Shown here: positions 7,333 to 14,980 of the stretch, piece after piece
Numbering within the stretch: the stretch's first letter is position 1
How the letters are laid out: each line of letters starts with the position of its first letter
The notes under the pieces: model-generated
Told to the model about the DNA's origin: nothing
Databases searched by the model: none
Seen by the model: only the letters and a program-made list of their open reading frames with translations
From: Candidatus Zhuqueibacterota bacterium
Lineage (GTDB): Bacteria > BS750m-G25
Assembly (NCBI GenBank): GCA_016783505.1
Contig: JADHWK010000003.1
Span: 62,001-90,226, forward strand
Length of the DNA: 28,226 nucleotides
Reading direction: 5' to 3'
Program-made: the position numbers and the translations under genes

Positions 7333-9107
7333 GTAATATTTTTCTTTTTTATCGTCAATCCCAAATCTTTAAGCTGCGCCGGCGATACCCGATCCGGGGC
7401 TTCATCCATTAGGGAGAGGGCAGCGGTGGTTTTTGGAAAGGCGATGACTTCCCGAATGGATGTCTTACCCGCCATGATCATAGCCAGCCGGTCAAATCCG
7501 AAGGCGATGCCCCCATGGGGCGGGGCTCCGTACTGCAGGGCATCTAATAAAAACCCAAACTTGGATTTAGCTTCCCCTTGGGGAATACCCAGCACCCTGA
7601 AGATCTTCTCCTGGATCTTTCGATCGTGGAGACGAATGCTTCCCCCAGCGATCTCCTGTCCGTTCAACACTAAATCGTAGGCCCGGGCCCTAACCTCTCC
7701 GGGTGATGTCCCCAACTTATGAATGTCCTCCTCAACAGGTGCTGTGAAGGGGTGATGCACAGGAACAAATTTCTTTGCGCCATTATCATATGTCAGTAAA
7801 GGATAGTCAATGATCCAGGCTAATATAAATTTCGTCGGATCAATAAGGTTTAGGTGCTGGGCTAATCTTAAACGCAGCCCGCCGGCAGCCGAAAATAGCC
7901 CCTCACCTTCACCAGCCAGAACTAAAATTAAATCCCCAATCTTGCCTTGAAACCGCTCTATAATTTTGGTAATTCCTCCATCGCCGATGTGCTTTTTAAT
8001 CGGTGATGTAACCCCTTCCCGGGTTATCCGAACAGGAATCAATCCCCCTATTCCCCCCTCTTTGACTATTTCCTCCCACCTTTCCACCTGTTTTCTGGAA
8101 GCCCCAGCCCCCCCATCCACCCTCAACCCACACACCTCCCCCCCGCCAGCAACGATCCGTCGGAAGATCTCAAAGCTCTTCCAACAGTCCAGATCAGTTA
8201 GGGCACGAATTTCCATTCCGAACCTCAAATCCGGTTTGTCGGTTCCGTAGGTTAAGAGTGATTCTCGATAAGGCAGCCGCCGGAAGGGCCTCTCTATCTC
8301 TATATTTAAAACCTCACGGAACACCCTTTCTATGTAGCGTTCAATGAGGTCAAAGATATCCTCTTCATCTACAAAGGACATCTCCACATCAAGTTGGGTA
8401 AATTCCGGTTGGCGGTCGGCCCGCAGGTCCTCGTCCCGAAAACATTTCACAATCTGGAAATATTTTTCAAACCCCGCCACCATCAACAGTTGTTTATAAA
8501 GCTGGGGGGACTGGGGGAGGGCGTAGAAGCGCCCCCGATGGACCCGGCTAGGCACGAGATAATCCCGGGCCCCCTCCGGGGTGCTCTTCATCAGAAAAGG
8601 GGTTTCGATCTCTAAAAATCCCTTTTCGTCGAAAAACCTTCGGGTTGATTGATAAAGCCGGTGGCGAAGACGAAAAATCCGTTGCATTTCAGGACGTCTC
8701 AGGTCTAAATACCGATATTTCAAACGTAGCTCCTCGGTGGCTTTGACCCCATCTTCTATTACGAAGGGAGGTGTTTTTGCCTTACTGATGACGTATAGGT
8801 CGTCGGCGATCACCTCAATCTCGCCGGTAGCCATTTGGGGATTGGCCATCCCCCCAGGCCGGGGTTGAACGGACCCCACCACGGCGATCACATCCTCGCC
8901 CCCCAAGCCCTTAGCTCGCCGGGAAAGCTCCCCATCTTTTTCCGGATTGAAGACCACCTGGGTTATCCCCTCCCGGTCACGAAGGTCAACAAAGATCACC
9001 CCACCCAGGTCCCGTATTCGGTGGACCCAGCCCATCAGCGTAACCCTTCTGCCCTCGTCCTTCATCCCCAAAGCCCCACAGCTATGGGTCTTTTTATAAT
9101 TCTTCAT
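7329..9107 (-). CDS. aspS: Aspartate--tRNA ligase
   Basis: RDLGGVIFVDLRD, RLKYRYLDLRR, TPEGARDYLVPSR, LPQSPQLYKQLLM, CFRDEDLRADRQPEFTQ, GAPPHGGIAFGFDR. Confidence 0.98.
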   Translation of the reverse strand: MKNYKKTHSCGALGMKDEGRRVTLMGWVHRIRDLGGVIFVDLRDREGITQVVFNPEKDGELSRRAKGLGGEDVIAVVGSVQPRPGGMANPQMATGEIEVIADDLYVISKAKTPPFVIEDGVKATEELRLKYRYLDLRRPEMQRIFRLRHRLYQSTRRFFDEKGFLEIETPFLMKSTPEGARDYLVPSRVHRGRFYALPQSPQLYKQLLMVAGFEKYFQIVKCFRDEDLRADRQPEFTQLDVEMSFVDEEDIFDLIERYIERVFREVLNIEIERPFRRLPYRESLLTYGTDKPDLRFGMEIRALTDLDCWKSFEIFRRIVAGGGEVCGLRVDGGAGASRKQVERWEEIVKEGGIGGLIPVRITREGVTSPIKKHIGDGGITKIIERFQGKIGDLILVLAGEGEGLFSAAGGLRLRLAQHLNLIDPTKFILAWIIDYPLLTYDNGAKKFVPVHHPFTAPVEEDIHKLGTSPGEVRARAYDLVLNGQEIAGGSIRLHDRKIQEKIFRVLGIPQGEAKSKFGFLLDALQYGAPPHGGIAFGFDRLAMIMAGKTSIREVIAFPKTTAALSLMDEAPDRVSPAQLKDLGLTIKKKNIT

Positions 9108-9246
9108 CCTCGCCCTTAAACTCTAAAATCCGGCGGCAGCACCAAAAAAAGCCCCTGTCAAAGTGAACAGTGTAGTTTATAGCTGAATTTTGGGGTTTGT
9201 GCCAAATTTGTGATAGCTTAATTTTAATTCTGAACCATTTATTCTA

Positions 9247-9275
9247 AATATACAACACATGGAAGTTAAAATCAA
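9247..9275 (-). promoter_or_regulatory. Sigma70-type promoter facing aspS
   Basis: TTGATT (9275-9270), 17 nt, TATATT (9252-9247). Confidence 0.5.
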
Positions 9276-9406
9276 GTTAATTATCAAAATTGAACTTTCT
9301 CCAATATCGGTATTTAACCGACAAAAAAGATCTGTATTTTAAAAGATTAAGTCTTAAAACCTAGTGATGGGTAGTTTAGCTTTTAATTTCATTAACAAAA
9401 TTATCC

Positions 9407-9435
9407 TTGACTTTTAGTAAAAAAAGAAGTATATT
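9407..9435 (+). promoter_or_regulatory. Sigma70-type promoter of the cold-shock gene
   Basis: TTGACT (9407-9412), 17 nt, TATATT (9430-9435). Implies a 5' UTR of over 100 nt, as is typical for csp mRNAs. Confidence 0.65.
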
Positions 9436-9558
9436 AAAACAATTGTTAAAAGTAGCTAAAACATCGACGGATTAATAGACGGGCGATGGTTAGTTGGCTC
9501 AATCATCGCCTGTTCTTTTTTCTGGGCGAAATCTTGTATGAAAGGAGGTGAAAGATAG

Positions 9559-9759
9559 ATGGTTGCTGGACGTGTAAAATGGTTCAATGAGCGCAAAGGT
9601 TATGGGTTTATTGAACAGGAGTCTGGAGATGATGTCTTTGTCCACCATTCTGCCATTCTGGGTGAGGGTTTTAAAACCCTCCAAGAGGGTCAGGAGGTCG
9701 AATTCGAGATCATTGAAGACTCAAGAGGTCCGAAGGCGGAAAAGGTGGTGAAGTTATAA
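9559..9759 (+). CDS. cspA: Cold-shock protein (CspA family)
   Basis: 66 aa, GRVKWFN, RNP1 KGYGFI, RNP2 [13 protein letters not shown]. Strong RBS AAAGGAGGTG. The exact paralog letter is uncertain. Confidence 0.96.
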   Translation: MVAGRVKWFNERKGYGFIEQESGDDVFVHHSAILGEGFKTLQEGQEVEFEIIEDSRGPKAEKVVKL

Positions 9760-9778
9760 ATCCAGCTTTTCGAGTAAG

Positions 9779-9833
9779 GCGGGCCTCTTTGTCAGATTGG
9801 TATTACAAACTGGCATTAGAGGCCCGTTTTTTT
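9779..9833 (+). terminator. Intrinsic terminator of the csp gene
   Basis: GCGGGCCTCT...AGAGGCCCGT stem with an extended inner stem, followed by a T-run. Confidence 0.8.
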
Positions 9834-9869
9834 ATCCAGGATTTCATCATAAATTGAGATATTTAAGAC

Positions 9870-9898
9870 TTGACTTTTTCCGATGAAAGACTTAAATT
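9870..9898 (+). promoter_or_regulatory. Sigma70-type promoter upstream of the Spy/CpxP-like gene
   Basis: TTGACT (9870-9875), 17 nt, TAAATT (9893-9898). Confidence 0.45.
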
Positions 9899-10110
9899 GT
9901 CATCGAAAAAAGACAATATGTTCCTGAGTGTTATATTACCACCCGCAGTAAATGAATTTGTTAGACATAATGGGTCAACCTTATTTACTTAAGCGGGAAC
10001 TTTTAAGATGGAAATGAGTTTTAATAAATGACAATCTTAATTTTTAGAGTTTGAATTGATTTTTTCAATTTAATTGATAAGAATATAAAAGTGAAAGGAG
10101 GTGAAAAAGG

Positions 10111-10674
10111 ATGAAACGCATCACATTTGCTCTGGGAGTTATGGCTTCGACCCTTTTACTGACCTATGGCATGGCTCTTGCACAGCAGGTGCAGCATCAT
10201 GGTGAAGAAGCTGAGAAACTTATTGTGAAAATCATCCGGGATGTCGAGATGTGTAAACCCATGATGTGTGATCCTGTCTGCAAGGGACTACATCAGTTTG
10301 ACTGTCTTGGTTTCTACGAAGAATACGCCGAGGAGTTGGGACTTTCCGACAAGCAAGTGAATAACCTGAAGGCCATCTGGTCAAAATACAAAAAGGGTGT
10401 CATTCGAAAGAAAGCCGACATCAAAATCGCCGAAATCGAATTGAGTGAGATTCTGGGACAAGATACCATTGATTTCAGCAAAGCCAAGGCTAAAATTACT
10501 AAGATTGGCTCCATGAAACAGAACATCCGTCTTGATCATCTGAGCACTATCGAAAAAGGACAGAAGGTTTTGACAGCGGAGCAATTAACCAAGTTCAGGA
10601 CCTTAAAAAAGAAGTGTTGCCAGGGGATGATGGAGCCAGGGATGAGAAAGTTCCTAATGAAGAAGTGCAAATAG
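10111..10674 (+). CDS. Periplasmic Spy/CpxP/ZraP-like (LTxxQ) protein with Cys/Met-rich ends
   Basis: Signal peptide ending ALA, motifs LGLSDKQ and VLTAEQ flanking long helices. RBS AAAGGAGGTG. Confidence 0.85.
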   Translation: MKRITFALGVMASTLLLTYGMALAQQVQHHGEEAEKLIVKIIRDVEMCKPMMCDPVCKGLHQFDCLGFYEEYAEELGLSDKQVNNLKAIWSKYKKGVIRKKADIKIAEIELSEILGQDTIDFSKAKAKITKIGSMKQNIRLDHLSTIEKGQKVLTAEQLTKFRTLKKKCCQGMMEPGMRKFLMKKCK

Positions 10675-10860
10675 CCAGAGCGCAAATTGCTTCTATTGCA
10701 AACTTCTTAATCGCCCAGACATTGACCCAGGAGAGCGATTTTCAGGACAGGGTTTGATTTCATGCCCTCAGTGCTCTCAGAAAGTTAACAAAAGTTCTTT
10801 TTATGTCGAAAGACTAAGTCTTAAAATTTGACAATAAGTAACTTAGCCTTGTTCTCATTA

Positions 10861-10897
10861 AAAAAGGCCTATTCATTCATATTGAGTAGGCCTTTTG
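10861..10897. terminator. Bidirectional terminator-like hairpin
   Basis: AAAAAGGCCTATTCA-ttcatat-TGAGTAGGCCTTTT. Confidence 0.75.
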
Positions 10898-11151
10898 TTC
10901 TTCCATTAGTATCTGAATGTCCCTTATTACTACTTGGATTAGATAAAATCAGGAATTACCGTATTAAAGCATTGACTTTTACAGAATAAATGATTTGAAA
11001 TAAAAACTGAAGGATTGGTATTCTCTACGAACTTTGGGATATTTAAGTTTATGCCATTTTTGTGCCATTTTAAGGTAAAAACATTAGAAAAATTTCCCCA
11101 AATGTAACGGTGTTAGACACTATTTTAGCTACAAATTCATATCTAAGATAT

Positions 11152-11182
11152 AAAAAAGCCCCTGTCAAAGTGAACGGAGGCT
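11152..11182 (-). terminator. Terminator-like hairpin downstream of the M23-bactofilin operon; contains the island's right direct repeat
   Basis: Minus strand AGCCTCCGT-tcactttg-ACAGGGGCT followed by TTTTT; the stem is imperfect. Confidence 0.55.
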
Positions 11183-11316
11183 CTGATTTTAATTTATGAT
11201 TTAGCCACCCCCCCCCGAAAAATCCGACCGGGATAGGGATGGCAAACTGAAACTACAGGTAAATGTTAAGTTGGTAAGGTACAAATTTGGATTTCTTTTT
11301 CCCGGTTATCGCCGGG

Positions 11317-11742
11317 TTATTCTGGGGATAGACCGGCTTTCGCAACCCCCTCTTTCTTCTTACCCTCTTCCCTGGTCAACGTTCCATCTTCCATTTTACA
11401 ATTGCCCTCGAACACTGCTCCTTCGTCAATGATCAGCTTTCGGGTGCAAAGGTCCCCTGATAGGCGGGCTTGATTTTCCAGAATAATTCTTCCGGTTGAA
11501 CTTAGATTACCAATTACCCGCCCCCCCAGGATGATTTCCTTGGCTTGGATATCCCCCTCCACCAGTCCGTCAGCACCGATTGTCACCGTCTCCGTTGAGA
11601 TGACCCCTCCCTTTATCTGACCGTCAATCCGAAGGCTGTTTTTAACCTTGATATTGCCCTCAATGGTGCTTTCCTTGCCTATGATGGTGTTCAGTTCACC
11701 CTGCCGATTGTTATCTTCACTGTTTGACTTTTTGCCGATCAT
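11317..11742 (-). CDS. Bactofilin (polymer-forming cytoskeletal protein, CcmA family)
   Basis: TIIGKESTIEGNI...LRIDGQIKG...IGADGLVEGDI...LIIDEGAVFEGNC beta-helix pattern. Adjacent to an M23 peptidase. Confidence 0.93.
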   Translation of the reverse strand: MIGKKSNSEDNNRQGELNTIIGKESTIEGNIKVKNSLRIDGQIKGGVISTETVTIGADGLVEGDIQAKEIILGGRVIGNLSSTGRIILENQARLSGDLCTRKLIIDEGAVFEGNCKMEDGTLTREEGKKKEGVAKAGLSPE

Positions 11743-11757
11743 GGCTCAATCCTTCGG

Positions 11758-12609
11758 TTAGAGATTTATGAGCATCTCCCGGGGATCCACGGGCGCACTG
11801 TTCTTCCATATCTCAAAATGCAGATGGGGGGCGCTGCTCTGTCCCGAACTTCCAAGAAGGGCGATGGGCTGACCCTGTTTGACGATCTCCTGGGGATGGC
11901 AGAGGAGGGTTTGATTGTGCCCGTAGAAGGAGAAATAGCCGAAGTCATGGGCGATGATGACCAGATAGCCATACCGCAATGTCCATTCGGCGAACACCAC
12001 CAGACCATCGCCAGCCGCTGAGACCACCGAACCCTTTTTAGCGGCGATGTCAATGCCAACATGGCTTTTAACCCTGAGAAAGGGACTCCGCTTAAATGGC
12101 TGGGACAAAAACCCTTCCACTGGCAATAGAGTGGGCATCCCCCGGGCGGAACCCACATACCGGTCCTCCACCTGGGTCAAAAAAATAGGGCTCCCATCGG
12201 CCTTTTCGACATCATCTGAACGTTCCTCCGGTAACGACTCGGGGCGTGGTCTCTCCTGAACGGGAACCTGCATGGCACTTAATTCGACCCCGGATAGGTC
12301 AAGATGGCCGGCCAACATCTCCCGTATCTTCCGATCATATTTCTTGATGCTGGCTAAGTCCCTGGCGATTTTATAAATTTTTTTATTGTCCGCGACTAAT
12401 TGTACATTCTCTTTTTTCAAATCCTTGTAATCCAGGGCTACCTGGGCTACCTTCCAGAAGGCTACCACCAGGAAAGCAACCAGCAGCAAAAAAAGGATAG
12501 CCAGGCTGAAGAATAACTTAAGCGCTGACCTTCTGATCTTAAAACTTCGGTTTTTCCGCCCCGCTCCCGGCACAACTAAAATAGAAATTTTTTCGCCGCG
12601 TTTTTTCAT
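11758..12609 (-). CDS. M23-family metallopeptidase (peptidoglycan endopeptidase), membrane-anchored
   Basis: N-terminal TM and coiled coil; HVGID (HxxxD), YGHN and PHLHFE (HxH). Confidence 0.93.
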   Translation of the reverse strand: MKKRGEKISILVVPGAGRKNRSFKIRRSALKLFFSLAILFLLLVAFLVVAFWKVAQVALDYKDLKKENVQLVADNKKIYKIARDLASIKKYDRKIREMLAGHLDLSGVELSAMQVPVQERPRPESLPEERSDDVEKADGSPIFLTQVEDRYVGSARGMPTLLPVEGFLSQPFKRSPFLRVKSHVGIDIAAKKGSVVSAAGDGLVVFAEWTLRYGYLVIIAHDFGYFSFYGHNQTLLCHPQEIVKQGQPIALLGSSGQSSAPHLHFEIWKNSAPVDPREMLINL

Positions 12610-12634
12610 TCACAATCTTCAACTAAAACAATTA

Positions 12635-12663
12635 AAGTTAACAAATATTTTTAAAAAAGTCAA
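12635..12663 (-). promoter_or_regulatory. Sigma70-type promoter of the M23-bactofilin operon
   Basis: TTGACT (12663-12658), 17 nt, TAACTT (12640-12635), with a TGn extended -10. Confidence 0.55.
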
Positions 12664-12721
12664 TATATTTTAATGTCTTAGGCTGGAGCAGATTATTTTC
12701 ACCCGTTAGCTCTAGGGGAAG

Positions 12722-14719
12722 TTATTTGATAAGAAGCATCTTTCTACTCGCCACTGATCCCTGGAATTTAAGTTGGTAGAAATAAATCCCAGAGGCGTAT
12801 TGGGAAGCATCGAAGAAGAGATAATGTCGGCCTGCCGGCTGATCCTCTACTACCAGGGTTCGGAGCACCTTCCCCCTGGTGTTATAGATTTTCAGTTGAA
12901 CCCCTCCAGGCTGGGGAATTTCATAGGGGATACAGGTGATCGCATTGAAAGGGTTGGGATAATTCTGATCCAGTAGGAAGGCCGTAGGTATCCCAACATC
13001 CACACCGTCATCCACGCCCATGGGGGCATCAAACCAGGCCAGAATCCGGGCCAGAACTGAATCCCGTAGGGTGGACTGACCGTAAGGAGTCATGCTCCCC
13101 CCAATTGACTCAAAGGGAAATGAAAAAAAGACTACCCGGTAGCTCTCGTTGGCGTACCGAATGGCGGCCACATTAGATGTGTTCCGATAGAGGTAGACGG
13201 GAACCGCCCCTTCCAGTGGTATTATGGAACTACTGGAGGATGGCCCCCCGGCTCCATCCCCCCCGGCCAGAAACAACAACGAATCCAACCCGTAAGGATC
13301 CCCAATGGGATCCCCGGTAACAGGGGTTAAATACCAAGTGGCAACATTATCTAACCCCTGCTGGGCGTGGAGGTATTCAGTAAAGAAGGAAGAATCCCCG
13401 ATTTCGTCCCCGGCATTCTGACTGCTCAAGAATAGATTCCCCCCACCTTCAAGATAGGCCGCCAACAAGTCCTGCTCCCCGGGGGTCAAGGTGTTGGTGG
13501 TGACATCCCCCGTAAACCAGACCACCTTTGAATAACGCCAGATTTCATCTTGGGGGATGAGTCCCTGGGTGGCATTCTCCCACCGGTCAATGATCCGACC
13601 CAGGCTCTCAGTAATACCGATATAATACACTTCAAAATCATCACCCCCGTCGTCATCCACCAGAATAATCTCAGGACGCCCCACCATAAAGGAAAACGCC
13701 ATAGTATCCTGATAATTGCCGGGTTGGGCTGAAATAGCTAAGGTGAAATCCACCACGTGGGGCTGCAAGCTGGCATCCACCGAAAAGATGAAAGGTTCAG
13801 CAGAGTTGCCGGCCACCGAATCCGGGGGGATAACGGGATAAGTGACGGTATCCACTATAAAACTGATCTCAGGGTCGGGTGTATAGAGGGTGGCTACCAC
13901 CGAATCCGCCGGCTGGGAACCGGGGACATTTCCCAGGGTCACCACCATCTGGGCCGTCTCCCCCGGGTCGGGACGTCCGTCCCCGTTGCCATCGTCGGTA
14001 AGGGAATGACTGACTATACTGAGATTGGGAAGGGCTTCAACGCTGATCATACCTGCCTGATGAATGACGTAGTTACCCGAAAACGTTTGTACGATAACAA
14101 CAGCTTTGATATTCTCCAAATCCCAGGAAGGGTCAAGATCAAAACTGTGACTGAAATCCCCGGTTTCACCGGCAGAAGTCAATGTGAAGTCTTCATCACT
14201 GTATCTGGTTACAGTGCAAAAATAAGTATCGCTAAAATAGTTGGTTAAGATGAAAACCAGTTTGTTATTTGGGGTGGTAATATCTCCGGTCAGATCAATA
14301 CTCGCATCAATATCAACTCCGCCGGTAGCATTAGTATACATCGTAAGTTCAATCTCCAGTGGACTATCATCATCAACGATTTGATTATATATCGATAAAT
14401 AACGTGGGTATGTATTGCCACCCCCAATATCTTGAAGATAACCACCAAATTGTGCATGAGGAATCCCGCTAACACCATACATGTTACCTCTTTGAGTAAC
14501 ATTTGGACTAGTGTGTTGATTATATTCCCAAATTAATGGAACCACATAATCATGGTTTTCATACAGTTGTAACAGCCCGGCCCGGGCGTCAGGACAGTAT
14601 ACTCACCATGAAGCCGTGAATACTTCGCCAACTACATTCATCTGCGAAGCGAATGATTGCGAAGCGAATGATAATGAGAAAATAAAGCACAATGCCAGTC
14701 CGATACTCATCTTCTTCAT
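12722..14719 (-). CDS. Omp28-like thioredoxin-fold secreted protein with T9SS-type C-terminal domain; probable selenoprotein (TGA at codon 39; 665 aa)
   Basis: RBS GGAGGT then ATG 14719: MKKMSIGLALCFIFSLSFASQSFASQMNVVGEVFTASW-TGA(14605-14603)-VYCPDARAGLLQLYENHDYVVPLIWE, in frame with track ORF 12722..14545. Also YGVSGIP (cis-Pro loop) and a QNYPNPFN...SGIYFY...KMLLIK tail. Confidence 0.85.
14570..14591 (-). promoter_or_regulatory. Bacterial SECIS-like stem-loop
   Basis: Starts 11 nt after the UGA: UGAC-GCCCG-ggc-CGGGC-u-GUUA. The G-initiated apical loop is about 20 nt from the UGA, with a bulged U. Confidence 0.6.
14643..14672. repeat. Perfect 15-bp tandem duplication in the signal-peptide coding region
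   Basis: TGCGAAGCGAATGAT twice (14643-14657, 14658-14672), encoding SFASQ-SFASQ. Confidence 0.9.
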
Positions 14720-14754
14720 TAATACCTCCAGATTTTTGGGTACAATTTAAATAA

Positions 14755-14903
14755 AATATAAGTATTATTTTTGTTTTTGTCAATAGTTAAAATAATTTTG
14801 AATAGCTATTTTTCCCTTTACTAATTATTAATTTAATGATTATTATTGACCTTTAACTGAAAATTAACAAAATCAATATATCAAAAAGAAAGGAAAAAAT
14901 CAA
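14755..14903 (-). promoter_or_regulatory. Two tandem sigma70-type promoters upstream of the Omp28-like gene
   Basis: TTGACA (14783-14778)-17-TATATT (14760-14755) and TTGATT (14903-14898)-17-TATATT (14880-14875). Confidence 0.6.
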
Positions 14904-14920
14904 CTTCTATTTTGATAAAC

Positions 14921-14949
14921 AAAAAACCCCTAATAAGTTACTTAGGGGT
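14921..14949 (-). terminator. Intrinsic terminator ending the TBDR/PorV/S8 cluster
   Basis: Minus strand ACCCCTAA-gtaactta-TTAGGGGT followed by TTTTT. Confidence 0.8.
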
Positions 14950-14980
14950 AAATGACATCATATTTTCACATTCCAAAATA

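Larger units (their letters stand above)
9145..11175. mobile_element. 2-kb AT-rich island bounded by a perfect 24-bp direct repeat; no recombinase present
   Basis: AAAAAAGCCCCTGTCAAAGTGAAC at 9145-9168 and 11152-11175. The enclosed genes are the only + strand genes in the window. Confidence 0.65.

Noticed and set aside
7329-9107. Calling AspRS discriminating or non-discriminating
   Set aside because: Anticodon-domain determinants are mixed (RDLGG with RPGG). This needs gatCAB/asnS context from outside the window.
11110-11122. TTAGACAC as a seventh copy of the 18-bp palindrome
   Set aside because: Only a half-site; could occur by chance in AT-rich DNA.
9145-11175. tRNA/tmRNA integration target or integrase remnant in the island
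   Set aside because: No cloverleaf or T-arm motif and no tyrosine-recombinase-like translation was recognisable.
11204-11243. C9 tract and weak hairpin as a phase-variation switch
   Set aside because: It is intergenic, downstream of bactofilin, and not within a promoter or coding sequence I can identify.
14589-14783. 64-aa minus-strand ORF
   Set aside because: Alternative frame over the promoter and true N-terminus of the selenoprotein; its TTG start is the -35 box.
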